This document shows positions 9,425 to 19,318 of a stretch of DNA of 64,000 bases, piece after piece. The first letter of the stretch is position 1. Every line of letters begins with the position of its first letter. The notes beneath the pieces were generated by a model, which worked only from the letters and a program-made list of their open reading frames with translations, did no database searches and had not been told where the DNA came from. The translations under genes were made by a program, and so were the position numbers. Source of the DNA: a virus (taxonomy: Duplodnaviria > Caudoviricetes). The DNA is taken from positions 9,783-73,782 of the IMG/VR virus record IMGVR_UViG_3300049140_000186. The stretch is one strand, 5' to 3'.

Positions 9425-12400
9425 TGCCGATTCTCACCTATCCAGAAGACCGGCCGGCGCTCGCCTCCTTCCGTGGCATCGACTACGGGCAGGCTGTGGA
9501 AGAGGCCGAACCGGCTCCTGCACTCTCGGCGACGCTGGGCGCTGCCTTCCGGCAGGATAACGTCGTGGGCTCGATCGCCAGCAACAAGCTTGCCGGCATC
9601 GACCTGGCCGAACCAGAAGACGGCTTTACCGGCGAAGTCCTGTGGGCCGACATACAAGGCACGCCATACGAAGAGCATTGGGACCGGTTCTCCACGGTGT
9701 TTAATCGTCGCGCCTTCAATGCGATGAAATCGCAAATCGACATGGAAACGGAAGACCGGCGCACGCTCGCGGCCTCTGGCTGGGCTGGCGTCGCCTCGTC
9801 TTTCGGGGCTGCCGTGTTCGATGTGCCTTCCCTGATACCTGGCGGGGCGCTGGTGCGTGGTGCGACTGCCGGGGCTACCGTGGCAAGGTCCGCGCTCTCA
9901 ACCGCTGCTGCGGGCGTGCTGGGGGCCGGCGTGTCAGAAATAGCATTGCAGGCGACGCAGCAAACCCGGCCGCTGGAAGAAAGCGCGCTGGCCGTTGGCG
10001 GCGGCGCGGTCCTGGGCGGCCTGCTCGGTGCCGGTGTCGGGGCTCTCTACTCCAAGGCTGAACGTGCTGCGGCTCTCCGCGTCATGTCCGAAGCGGCTGC
10101 AAAGCGTCGGGTGGAAGACCAGAACCTGGCCGAACTGCGCGACGGCATCGCGGAAGGGCAAAGCGCTGGCGCGGCGGCGGTCGACCGTCCTGTGCTGGAA
10201 GACTTCGACATTGCGGGCATGGGCGCTGCTGCGGTCGGCAAGGCAACGGCAAAGCTGAACCCGCTCCTGCGGTCGGCGCAAAGCCCGTCAGCGGTGCATC
10301 GGTCGATCATGTCTGAAATGGCCGAAACCGGCTATTATCTCGAACGCAACGCTCGCGGCGAAGGAAGCCTGGCAGTCGAAAGCACGGTCAAATATTGGGA
10401 CCGGGGCGCGCTGACCAAAGGCCTGACCGATATGCGCCAAACCTTCGAAGAGGGGCGCAAGAAAGGCCTTAGCCTAGCTCCTGACAAGTTCCGCGAAGCT
10501 ATCTCGTTCGCGATGCGCCGCAATGACGAAGACGCGTTGAACCCTGCCGTGGCTGACGCCGCGCGTAAGTGGCGCTCAACCCTGTTTGACCCGCTGAAAG
10601 ACGAAGCTATCGAAGTCGGCATTCTGCCTGCCGACGTGCAAGTCAAGACGGCGACCTCATACCTGACCCGCCTATGGAATGCGCCTCGGCTCAATGCCGG
10701 TGAAGGGCGGTTCAAGGAAATCGTGCGTCCCTGGCTCGACGACCAGCTTTCGCAATTGGAGTTCAAGGCCGATGAAATCAGGATCGGCAACCGGATCGTT
10801 GACGCGGAAAAGACCCGTGAGGCGTTCGAAAAGGCAACGACCCGGCTGGATAGCCTGGAAGACCGCTTAAGCGAGCGTAAAGGCTCCAGGGAGCGCAAAG
10901 GAAAGGCGCTGGAAGAGTTGCAGGGCACGCGCTTTGCCGTGATGGCCCAACGCGCTCCTAAGCCTCTGGTGGCCGCTCTGCGTGGCGCTGACGAAACGGC
11001 GGCGATGATTGACGTGGTGCGGGAAGCTCGGAAGGCTGAACGCTCGGCCAACAAGAAAAAGAGCTTCGGCGAACGCAACCCGATCCTCGCGACTATCAGG
11101 GCCAAGGGCGGCGCTCGCGTCGGCTCCAAGCTCGATAACGAACTGCGCGCAATGGGCGTCACGCCTAAGACGAATCCCGGCCTGTTCGTGAAGCGCGGCG
11201 GTATCGGTGATGTCGACAACTTCGTGAAGTCGGAAGACGAGATATTCGCCGATCTACCCGACGATGGGGCCGGCTATGTCAATCCTGTCTCGCTCATGGA
11301 AGCGCTGCGCGATGAACTCGCCGGCAATCCCCTGCGCACTGCCGATGAACTGGCGGCCGATGACATCCTGGAAAACCTCGATGCCGTTGCAAGCGAATGG
11401 CTGGCAAGCGTTGGCCTGCCTGAGAATGCGACCGTGAAGGATGTGCGGGCGCTGATTGGCCGCGTCCTGGGCGCTGAAAGCAATCTGGAAGGCATGGACA
11501 GTCGCATCTCCCGTTTCGAGCGTGAGATTGAAGAGTTCGACGAAGCTACCGACCGCATCGTCAATGAACGCCTCATAAGCGAGACGGAAGCCAAGACGAT
11601 TCGCGAAGAGTTGAACAAGCTCGAAACGGAACTGGAAGCGGTGGCCGATCTGGCGAACGCCTCGCCGCGTGTCTCGCTGGTCGTCGACTATGCCACAACC
11701 CGGCGTGACCTGTTCAAGAACAAGCTGACGGAACGGACCCTGCGCAAGCGTGTCGACGCTCTCAAGCGATTGGAAGCGGAAGGCAACGCGAACGATGAAA
11801 TCCTGGCGGAACTCGCCGCGAAGTCGACCGACCTCGGCCGGCTGCAAGCGGCAATCGAGGGTTTGAAGGCGAAGGCCGACAAGCTGGAACCGATGGTTCC
11901 CAAGGTGAAGCAGGAACTGCCGGAATTTCTCTCGCCGGAAGACCGGGCCGATTATGTCAACGGCATCGTCGACGACATTTTCAGCCAGCTTACCGGGCGG
12001 GCCAATCGCGGCATGCCGTCCTATGACATGACGGTTTCGGCGCGCGGGCCTTTGAAGGAACGAACCTTCAACATCCCTGACCACCTCGTCGAGGAATTCC
12101 TCGAGCATGACATTGAACTGATTGCTCGCCGGTATGCCCGCGTGATGGCTGCCGACGTCGAACTGGCGCGGCTGGACCGTCGCCTGGGCGGACCTGGCAA
12201 GCCTGACCTGCAAGGGCAGATCGATCGCATTCGCGGCGACTATAACGACCTTCGGACGAGCCTTATCGACTCGGCGCTAGACCCCAAGGCAAAGGAAGCG
12301 GAGCTGGCGCGGCTGGCAAAACGTGAGCGCAACGATGTGGATGACGTGGCCGGCGTGCGTGACCTCCTGCGCGGGCAATACAAGGTCGACAGTCAGCACA

Positions 12401-13662
12401 CGAATTTCGCTCGGGTGCTCAAGGGCGCGACCACGTTCAACTTCATGACGAAAATGGGCGGCGTCCTGGTGGCGTCTCTGACCGATGCTGTGCGGCCTGC
12501 CATGGTGCACGGGATGGGCCGCTATATGTCCGAAGGCATCACGCCGCTGCTGACCAATCTCAAGGCTGTGAAGCTTTCTGTCTCGGATGCGAAGCTGCTC
12601 GGCGCGGTCACGGAAAGGACGCTGCAATCTCGCCTCGCGACCATGGCAGAACTGGCGGACCCGTACGCGATGAACTCGCCGTTCGAACGCTTCCTGGATA
12701 ACGCGTCGAATATCTTTTCCAAGATGACGCTGTTGCCGTGGTGGAACGACATGCACAAGTCGATCGCCTCGGTTCTCGTCCAGAACCGGGTGCTTAAAAA
12801 CACGCTCGTCGACTATGAAAAGCTGGATCCCCAAGAACTGCGTTACATGGGCTTCCTCGGCGTCGACAAGTTCATGGCGGAACGGATCGCGAGGCAATTC
12901 CGGGAGTTCGGGCAAGTCGGGGGGAACGTGCACGTTCCCGGTGTGGAAGAGTGGACCGATGAAGGCGCGCGCCGTGCCTTCGCGGCGGCTCTCAACAAGG
13001 ATGTGGATTCGATCATCGTAACGAAGGGCGTGGCTGATGTGCCGCTCTTCTCCCACACGCCGGCCGGCCGGGCGCTACTCCAGTTCAAGACCTTCGCGCT
13101 GGCGTCTAATCAGCGCGTTCTGATGCGCGGGTTGCAAGACGGGCCTGGCTCGATGGTCACGGGCATTGTCGGCATGTCTGCAATTGGCATGCTGATCTAT
13201 TGGCTAAAGCAGCGGGAATCCGGCCGCGAAGTTTCGGACAATCCTGGAACGCTGATGGCGGAAGGCCTGGACCGCTCAGGCATCTTCTCGATTGGGTTCG
13301 AAATCAACAACACCTGGGAAAAGCTGGGCGGGTATGGCCTTTACCGGCTGGCCTCGGGCCGCTTCGCCAGCAAGACGCAACAGCAACCGGCATCGCGCTA
13401 CGTGACCCGCGACACGTTCGGCGCTCTGCTCGGGCCTTCGTTCCAACTTGGTTCCGACGTGGCTCAGACGCTGGCGCTGCCGGCGCGGGTGACAACCGGT
13501 CAATCCGACCTGGCCCCGGCCGACATCAACCGCGCGGTCGGCCTAACGCCTTTCCAGTCGCTGCCGTACTGGCGATGGATAATCGAAGGGGGCTTCGGCC
13601 TCCAGGACAACGCCTCCTTCCGGGGCATCGAACCGGAACTGAAAGAAGCGGTCGACGACTAA
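9424..13662 (+). CDS. Large ejection protein (T7 gp16-like position)
   Basis: 1412 aa, largely helical, last of the internal virion genes; translationally coupled. Confidence 0.75.
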   Translation: MPILTYPEDRPALASFRGIDYGQAVEEAEPAPALSATLGAAFRQDNVVGSIASNKLAGIDLAEPEDGFTGEVLWADIQGTPYEEHWDRFSTVFNRRAFNAMKSQIDMETEDRRTLAASGWAGVASSFGAAVFDVPSLIPGGALVRGATAGATVARSALSTAAAGVLGAGVSEIALQATQQTRPLEESALAVGGGAVLGGLLGAGVGALYSKAERAAALRVMSEAAAKRRVEDQNLAELRDGIAEGQSAGAAAVDRPVLEDFDIAGMGAAAVGKATAKLNPLLRSAQSPSAVHRSIMSEMAETGYYLERNARGEGSLAVESTVKYWDRGALTKGLTDMRQTFEEGRKKGLSLAPDKFREAISFAMRRNDEDALNPAVADAARKWRSTLFDPLKDEAIEVGILPADVQVKTATSYLTRLWNAPRLNAGEGRFKEIVRPWLDDQLSQLEFKADEIRIGNRIVDAEKTREAFEKATTRLDSLEDRLSERKGSRERKGKALEELQGTRFAVMAQRAPKPLVAALRGADETAAMIDVVREARKAERSANKKKSFGERNPILATIRAKGGARVGSKLDNELRAMGVTPKTNPGLFVKRGGIGDVDNFVKSEDEIFADLPDDGAGYVNPVSLMEALRDELAGNPLRTADELAADDILENLDAVASEWLASVGLPENATVKDVRALIGRVLGAESNLEGMDSRISRFEREIEEFDEATDRIVNERLISETEAKTIREELNKLETELEAVADLANASPRVSLVVDYATTRRDLFKNKLTERTLRKRVDALKRLEAEGNANDEILAELAAKSTDLGRLQAAIEGLKAKADKLEPMVPKVKQELPEFLSPEDRADYVNGIVDDIFSQLTGRANRGMPSYDMTVSARGPLKERTFNIPDHLVEEFLEHDIELIARRYARVMAADVELARLDRRLGGPGKPDLQGQIDRIRGDYNDLRTSLIDSALDPKAKEAELARLAKRERNDVDDVAGVRDLLRGQYKVDSQHTNFARVLKGATTFNFMTKMGGVLVASLTDAVRPAMVHGMGRYMSEGITPLLTNLKAVKLSVSDAKLLGAVTERTLQSRLATMAELADPYAMNSPFERFLDNASNIFSKMTLLPWWNDMHKSIASVLVQNRVLKNTLVDYEKLDPQELRYMGFLGVDKFMAERIARQFREFGQVGGNVHVPGVEEWTDEGARRAFAAALNKDVDSIIVTKGVADVPLFSHTPAGRALLQFKTFALASNQRVLMRGLQDGPGSMVTGIVGMSAIGMLIYWLKQRESGREVSDNPGTLMAEGLDRSGIFSIGFEINNTWEKLGGYGLYRLASGRFASKTQQQPASRYVTRDTFGALLGPSFQLGSDVAQTLALPARVTTGQSDLAPADINRAVGLTPFQSLPYWRWIIEGGFGLQDNASFRGIEPELKEAVDD

Positions 13663-13868
13663 CAGGAATCGTCCGACCGGCCGCCCGAAGTCCAGCACTT
13701 TTCCGGGTTTCCCCACTTCGTATCGCTGACGCTTAGGCCGATGCCGAAAACGAGGATGAGCGTGGTGAGGCCGATGGCTGCCCACGGGCAATCGTACTGA
13801 ATCCATAGGCTGAAACGCTTCGCTGCGGACATCCGCACGGGCGTCTTCTGAACTCCAAACGCTTCCAT
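13659..13868 (-). CDS. Small antisense membrane protein (moron)
   Basis: 69 aa with one hydrophobic helix (WAAIGLTTLILVFGIGLSV); fills the gap between ejection and fibre genes. Confidence 0.4.
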   Translation of the reverse strand: MEAFGVQKTPVRMSAAKRFSLWIQYDCPWAAIGLTTLILVFGIGLSVSDTKWGNPEKCWTSGGRSDDSC

Positions 13869-13928
13869 CTCCCGCCTCTCTCAGCCTCGCCAAAAGCGGG
13901 GCCGCTTTCACGTAAGGAGCCTTCAAAT

Positions 13929-15659
13929 ATGGCAACCTCGGCTGTCGATCAGATTACCGGCAACGGTGAAACCGTAGCATACAAGGCTCCGGTGCGGCTA
14001 GCGACCACCGGAAACATCGCTCTCAGTGGTTTACTAACCGTCGATGGCGTCGTGACGGTGGCAGATGACCGCGTTGGCGTCATTGCCCAAACCGACCAGG
14101 AAGAAAACGGCATCTACATTGTTTCCTCTGGCGTCTGGCGTCGGGCTCGCGATTTTGATTCCAGCCGTGACATCACCAAGGGGACGCGCTTTGCCGTCAC
14201 TGATGGCGCGACGCTGGCTGGCTTCGAATACCGGATCACGACGGCCAACCCGATTTCGATTGGAACGAGCAGCATCGTTTTTGCCCGCGCCGATCTGGTC
14301 GGGCAGGCGGCGCTTGAGGCAGACAGGGCAGAAGATGAGGCCGACGAAGCCGAAGCACAAAGGATACTCGCAGAGGCCGCCGCCGCATCGATAACCATTG
14401 GCGGGCAGCCAGTCACTCCCGGCGCGACCGGTTTGGGAATCCTGGCTACGGGGACGAGCGCTGCCTTTTTCCTGGCCGCCGGCATGGAGACCGCGAACGC
14501 CAACGTTGTAGTCGGCTCTGGTGCCGCAGCGGGGATTACGTCGGGGTCCAACTCGGTTGCTGTCGGCAAGAACGCGTTGAACGCTCAGACGACTGGAGGG
14601 CAAACGACAGCGGTAGGTTTCGAGGCCGCAACCGAACTGACGACCGGCACCAACACTACCGTCTTTGGCTACCGCGCACTTTTCAAGGAAACCGTGGGCA
14701 ACAACAATGCTGTGTTCGGCTATCGCGGAATGTTCTTTGCGACTGGTGGCTGCGCAAACAATGTGGCCCTCGGTTACGGCGCGCTGCACGGCGGCCACAA
14801 CACCGAACCGACGAGCAATTTCACCGGCGACAACAATACTGCGGTCGGCTTCGAGTCGATGTATTACTCCGCAACTGGAACGGGCAACGTCGCGGTCGGT
14901 ATGTATGCCCTGAACGGCTCGGACAACCGTTCGCCGCTCACGCCGACCAATTCCGCAAGCCGCAACGTCGCCGTGGGCTTTGAAGCCCTCCAGGTTCTCG
15001 ACACCGGAAACGATAATACGGTTGTTGGCTATCAGGCCGGCGAGGACATGACGACGGGTTCCAACAACGTTCTGATCGGCGAAGAAGCCGGCTCCGCAAT
15101 GACGACCGGATCGCGAAACACTCTGGTTGGCTCTGACACGCATGCGCTGCTGAACGGTGATGACAACATCGTCATCGGCTACGGCGCATCCTGCACGTCC
15201 AGTGCCAACAGCAACCAGATGTCGATTGGCAATCTGCTCCGGGGTAACTTGTCCAGCAAATTCCTGGGCGTGACAGACGGCGCAGCCGCCCCTGCGACGG
15301 CGCTTCATGTCCGACACGCCACACCCATCGTCCGCATTCAGGACAACGACAGCGCGGGCGCAGCGGCAGTGCCGCAAATCCAGCTTTACGATAGCTCCGT
15401 CCGCGTCGGTTTCTTCGGCAAAGCATCATCTGGCAACGCGCATATCTCGATCATCAATGATCAGGCAGGCGGCGACATACTTCTGGAGCCGGGAGCGGGC
15501 GGGTCTGTCGTGCTGCCAGCTTCAACCACATCAGGCGCACCGCTTAGTATGCTTGCGGGCACAGCCCCCACGTCCCCTGTTAACGGCGACATCTGGTTCG
15601 ACGGGACGGATTTGAAAATGCGCGTTGGCGGCGTCACCAAGACTTTCACGTTGGCTTAG
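13929..15659 (+). CDS. Tail fibre with YadA-head-like (NxAVG) repeats
   Basis: N-terminal anchor KAPVRLATTGNIALSG...ENGIY; many NxAVGxxA repeats; C-terminal NGDIWFDG. Confidence 0.8.
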   Translation: MATSAVDQITGNGETVAYKAPVRLATTGNIALSGLLTVDGVVTVADDRVGVIAQTDQEENGIYIVSSGVWRRARDFDSSRDITKGTRFAVTDGATLAGFEYRITTANPISIGTSSIVFARADLVGQAALEADRAEDEADEAEAQRILAEAAAASITIGGQPVTPGATGLGILATGTSAAFFLAAGMETANANVVVGSGAAAGITSGSNSVAVGKNALNAQTTGGQTTAVGFEAATELTTGTNTTVFGYRALFKETVGNNNAVFGYRGMFFATGGCANNVALGYGALHGGHNTEPTSNFTGDNNTAVGFESMYYSATGTGNVAVGMYALNGSDNRSPLTPTNSASRNVAVGFEALQVLDTGNDNTVVGYQAGEDMTTGSNNVLIGEEAGSAMTTGSRNTLVGSDTHALLNGDDNIVIGYGASCTSSANSNQMSIGNLLRGNLSSKFLGVTDGAAAPATALHVRHATPIVRIQDNDSAGAAAVPQIQLYDSSVRVGFFGKASSGNAHISIINDQAGGDILLEPGAGGSVVLPASTTSGAPLSMLAGTAPTSPVNGDIWFDGTDLKMRVGGVTKTFTLA

Positions 15660-16365
15660 CCGACGCCTGCTCTAGGGCGTCAAGCACTTGTGACACGCGC
15701 GTATAGAAGCCGCGCATCGAGGGAATAGCGTGCTCGATGTATGGTTTTCCAGTTTGACCGAAAGTGATGATGGGCCAAAGTGTGTAATGAACCATAGCGT
15801 CTGGCGAGCAATAAAGAAACGTCAAGGTCTTCGTCTTCTCGTCCCACGAATTACGCACTGAAACTTGCCGCCCACCCAAGATTTGAAAGTTGTCTGTCGC
15901 CATCAATGCGGTGCAAGACAGATATCGATGGTTATTCTGGTTTCGTAGATCATTCAGCCGAACCAAGGTTTCATCGCCGCCACGATATGGTTTGAAACTG
16001 AGCATGACTTCGTGAAGGGCGGCCGGGATGTCTCGACATGCACTTTCTTTGAGAATCTTCCTGACATTCTGCTCGTCGCTCCCGAATGGGAACTTGGTTT
16101 TCTCAGGCTTGACGCCGGGCTGCATGGTTGCGCTAGCCGCAAAGACAGCCTGATCGAGAACACTTCGAGCGTTTGTGAAAAAGTCATTTGCAACGACCTG
16201 CATGTCCTCAGGCGGATCTTTCATCGTTGCAGAATGCACCCCATTTTTGATTGTCACCTCATAGGGCTTTGACTGCTGAAACTTCTCGTTTAGGTCTTCT
16301 ATTTCCAGCAAAAACTTTTCAGCTCTGGCTAAGACACGCTTCGGACTGCCGAACATGGACCCCAT
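15646..16365 (-). CDS. Antisense moron, HEPN-like helical protein
   Basis: 239 aa; NARSVLD and RNQNNH (RxxxxH) motifs; homologous to 40744-41556. Confidence 0.6.
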   Translation of the reverse strand: MGSMFGSPKRVLARAEKFLLEIEDLNEKFQQSKPYEVTIKNGVHSATMKDPPEDMQVVANDFFTNARSVLDQAVFAASATMQPGVKPEKTKFPFGSDEQNVRKILKESACRDIPAALHEVMLSFKPYRGGDETLVRLNDLRNQNNHRYLSCTALMATDNFQILGGRQVSVRNSWDEKTKTLTFLYCSPDAMVHYTLWPIITFGQTGKPYIEHAIPSMRGFYTRVSQVLDALEQASAKPT

Positions 16366-16375
16366 CCTTTTGGAT

Positions 16376-16627
16376 TCACTGCTGACGATTGAACAATAAG
16401 CGCAGCAGGTTGGCTGCTCTCTCGTTCACTTCCAGGACTGTGTCCTCAGACAAAGATGCGTCCTCATTCATTTTGATGGCGGTGTCTACGATGGAATCGC
16501 GCTCGGCCTGTGAGAGAACACCCTTGTCTCTGAGGCGAGCCACTAGAACCTGCAACAGTGTTAGGGTCGCTGTGGTTATGTCTTTGTCTTCGAATCTGTA
16601 GGGCATGCCGTAATCAATCCTCCCCAA
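16376..16627 (-). CDS. Hypothetical protein
   Basis: 83 aa, RBS GGGGAGG; part of minus-strand block. Confidence 0.55.
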   Translation of the reverse strand: MGRIDYGMPYRFEDKDITTATLTLLQVLVARLRDKGVLSQAERDSIVDTAIKMNEDASLSEDTVLEVNERAANLLRLLFNRQQ

Positions 16628-16659
16628 GTGGCGAGGTTACACCGGGAGCGCTGCGGAAC

Positions 16660-16908
16660 CTACTCCGATTTCGGCTTATGCCCCGGATGCAGTTCGGCCC
16701 TCGGCGTCTGCATCCACGGCGCTTTGTCGCCAGTGACGGCCTCAATGGCCGTGACGATTGCCGCATTCAGTTCTGTCAGCGCCCGTGATTGGTCGCTCGA
16801 CGGTGCGATGATGGGAGCGCAGCAGGCGCGGTGCAACTCCGTCGCCGCTTTCATGAACCGGTCGATTTCAGGTTGGGTGATGTAGGTGAGTTTCTTACGC
16901 CTGGACAT
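16660..16908 (-). CDS. Hypothetical protein
   Basis: 82 aa, RBS GGAGA; minus-strand block. Confidence 0.55.
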   Translation of the reverse strand: MSRRKKLTYITQPEIDRFMKAATELHRACCAPIIAPSSDQSRALTELNAAIVTAIEAVTGDKAPWMQTPRAELHPGHKPKSE

Positions 16909-16972
16909 GGCAATCTCCGATGGGTTGAGAATCGCCGCACTAGGACATTATTCCTCACAAGCGGGGCTTGGA

Positions 16973-17158
16973 TCAATCCTCGTACTCGGGCTGGATACCG
17001 TGCAGCCTGCAAATCTCACGCAGTTTTTGCCGCTGTCTGACGATGCCGGAGGGAAGACGGACCTCCACGCCAAGGCGCTTCAGCTTGCGAATTGTGGCCT
17101 GAGCGTTGACCACGCGCTTGTCTGAAGTGGCGGGTGAGGTGGGCTGTTCGTCGTTCAT
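16973..17158 (-). CDS. Hypothetical protein
   Basis: 61 aa; minus-strand block. Confidence 0.45.
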   Translation of the reverse strand: MNDEQPTSPATSDKRVVNAQATIRKLKRLGVEVRLPSGIVRQRQKLREICRLHGIQPEYED

Positions 17159-17181
17159 GACGGCCCTTTATTCCTCAGTCG

Positions 17182-17808
17182 CTATTCCGCTGCAAGGGCG
17201 TCCAGATAGGTGGTCTTGGTTCCTGGGATAAGAACATCGAGCGAGACGGTCTGGAACGTGTCGTACTCGCGATTATAGGCGCGCAGGTACACCTTCGCCT
17301 GTGCAGCCATGTCGTTGACGTTTATCTCGCCTTCCAGAATTGCGAGGCAGAGACTGGAAACCACATCGTCTCGTATGAAGCGGGGAAGGCCGCTGGGCAG
17401 AGCAGCCATGGCGCGGCGATAGACTTCTTCCGGTGAGGTTCGGACCCGCCGGATCGAGCACCGTTTGAGCTCATATTTCCTCCATGCAGCCCTGCACACC
17501 TCCGGATGTTTCAATGCGTACTGCCGGTTATATTCGGCGATGTGCTCTTTGTGCGTAGCGCGCCATCGATCTCTTGCGGCTTTGGCCTCGTCTGGGCGCG
17601 ACTGTCTATTCCGCTTCTCGCGTTCGCGCTTTGCTGCCAAATGCGCCTGTCGATACTCGCGCTGGTAGGCCTTTACCTTCTCGGTCTGTTGATAAAGTCG
17701 CTGCTTTTCGCGGTGTTTGGCTCGCCCCTTCGCTGTCTGCTGGTAACGTCGCTGCTTTTCGCGGGCCTTGGCTAGTTCTTCTTCGGTGTGAGGCTTCTTC
17801 GCAGGCAT
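17182..17808 (-). CDS. Basic repeat protein with sigma-region-3-like C-terminus
   Basis: 208 aa; 17-aa REKQRxYQQTxK repeat; ends VSLDVLIPGTKTTYLDALAAE; RBS AGGGGGG. Confidence 0.6.
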   Translation of the reverse strand: MPAKKPHTEEELAKAREKQRRYQQTAKGRAKHREKQRLYQQTEKVKAYQREYRQAHLAAKREREKRNRQSRPDEAKAARDRWRATHKEHIAEYNRQYALKHPEVCRAAWRKYELKRCSIRRVRTSPEEVYRRAMAALPSGLPRFIRDDVVSSLCLAILEGEINVNDMAAQAKVYLRAYNREYDTFQTVSLDVLIPGTKTTYLDALAAE

Positions 17809-17873
17809 AGGTGCCCCCCTGATAGGATCGGTGCCTGCTCAGTACATCCGGCGCAGCTAGGCTCCGCCTGCTT

Positions 17874-17892
17874 GGTTAACAAGTAGTTAACC
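17874..17892. promoter_or_regulatory. Palindromic operator-like site between divergent genes
   Basis: GGTTAAC-N5-GTTAACC perfect inverted repeat. Confidence 0.4.
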
Positions 17893-17947
17893 GACCTTCT
17901 CACCACCCCCGACAACTCGTCTGCTGCCTCGGCGGAAAGGGACATCC

Positions 17948-18700
17948 ATGGACCGCGCGAAATTCTATGGCGTCTTGCGAACGCGCAATTCCGGCCTGTT
18001 CGGAACCTCGCTTTCGAAGTCTCAAGTCGCCGGTATGGAAAACCTGCTGGACGTTTGGGAACGGTACTATGCGGCCGATCCGCTTGACCAGTTGGCTATC
18101 GGCCTCGCCACGTCCTACCTCGAAACGGCGCACACAATGCAGCCGATCAAAGAGCGCGGCGCGCGGGCGTACTTCGACAAATACGAACCTGGAACACGCC
18201 TCGGGAAAATCCTGGGCAACGTCCTGCGAGGCGATGGCTACCGCTTCAGGGGGGAAGGGCACGTCCAGAACACGGGGCGGGGCAATGCTCGCAAGGCTAC
18301 TCAACGCCTCAATGAAGTGTTTGGTCTTGGCATTGATCTTGAGGGCCGACCGGAGATGCGCGGCGATCCGTTCATCTCGGCGCACTCCCTGTTCCTCGGC
18401 TGCCGTGAAGGCTGGTGGACCGGCAAGGCCTGGAGCCATTATCTCGACGGCATCGACGAAAGCGACGCGGAAGACCTTCGGGAGTTCATCGCCTCGCGCG
18501 CCGTGGTCAATGGAAAAGACAAGGCCGAGTTGATCGGCCGGTATGCGCTGGCTTTCGAGCGGGCGCTGAAAGCGGCGGGCTACAGGCCTCGCAAGGCTGC
18601 CCCCGCGCCTTCGGTCCCCGCCAAGCCTTCAACGCGTCTAGCGCCTGCCTCTGACGGCTGGCTGGCATGGTTCCTCGACCTCCTGAAAGGAATAATCTGA
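17948..18700 (+). CDS. Endolysin, glycoside hydrolase family 19-like
   Basis: LATSYLETAHTMQPIKE and GDGYRFRGEGHVQNTGRGN resemble GH19 phage lysins. Confidence 0.8.
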   Translation: MDRAKFYGVLRTRNSGLFGTSLSKSQVAGMENLLDVWERYYAADPLDQLAIGLATSYLETAHTMQPIKERGARAYFDKYEPGTRLGKILGNVLRGDGYRFRGEGHVQNTGRGNARKATQRLNEVFGLGIDLEGRPEMRGDPFISAHSLFLGCREGWWTGKAWSHYLDGIDESDAEDLREFIASRAVVNGKDKAELIGRYALAFERALKAAGYRPRKAAPAPSVPAKPSTRLAPASDGWLAWFLDLLKGII

Positions 18701-18701
18701 C

Positions 18702-18884
18702 ATGGAACGCTTTACGGCGCGTGCGCGCAAATACCTTGTCGCTGGCATGGGCATCGGTCTGCTGATCGGGCTGCGCCATTTGGACATCGACATTCCCGGC
18801 CTGCCTGACATCGTGCGTGACCTGATCGTCGGCGCTGTCGCCATGGAAGCCGTCTATCAAGCGCCGAATGCAGGGGAAGCCTAG
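18702..18884 (+). CDS. Small membrane protein, holin-like
   Basis: 60 aa hydrophobic ORF immediately after endolysin. Confidence 0.5.
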   Translation: MERFTARARKYLVAGMGIGLLIGLRHLDIDIPGLPDIVRDLIVGAVAMEAVYQAPNAGEA

Positions 18885-18886
18885 AG

Positions 18887-19202
18887 ATGAACGAGACGCC
18901 GCAACGCATGGCCGAACTCTCCGAAGAGACACGGGAGTTCCTAAACGACCTGAGCAGGGAAGACATTGCCACGCTGAAAACCGGCCTGCCGCTGATCCGC
19001 ATGATTGTCGGCTTCGGCAAGGTCACGAAATGGCTGGCGATAACCGACGCTCGGCCTGGTCGTCGGCTTCGTCCTGTTATGGGAATCGCTTGTAAAAATC
19101 GTGGCATGGTTTCGGCCTGCGGCCTGGGCCTTTGCTGAATGGCGCGCGCAAGCGGCCGGCACGAGCCCGCGTTCTCTTCGGGAACATATCGGCCCGAGCT
19201 AG
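18887..19202 (+). pseudogene. Lysis-region membrane protein with apparent +1 frameshift at about 19046
   Basis: Removing one G gives KWLAITTLGLVVGFVLLWESLVKIVAWFRP, a clean TM helix; the annotated frame runs into non-hydrophobic sequence. Confidence 0.55.
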
Positions 19203-19270
19203 GTTCGATTTGCGGACCGTAGGGGTCCCAAACTTTCACGGTCCATGGCCTCAGTTATCCCGGGGCCGGA

Positions 19271-19312
19271 GCCCGCCGCACTCCTTGAAACCTTGCGGCG
19301 GGCTTTTCGTTT
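19271..19312 (+). terminator. Rho-independent terminator ending prophage A lysis genes
   Basis: GCCCGCCGCA...TGCGGCGGGC then TTTTCGTTT. Confidence 0.75.
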
Positions 19313-19318
19313 GGGGCG

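Noticed and set aside
11254-12213. 319-aa minus-strand ORF
   Set aside because: Shadow of the 1412-aa gene.
14034-15377. 447-aa minus-strand ORF
   Set aside because: Shadow of the tail fibre; its repetitiveness mirrors the sense-strand repeats.
13929-17900. Diversity-generating retroelement (as in BPP-1)
   Set aside because: No reverse transcriptase motif (YxDD) ORF and no TR/VR repeat pair was seen near the tail fibre.
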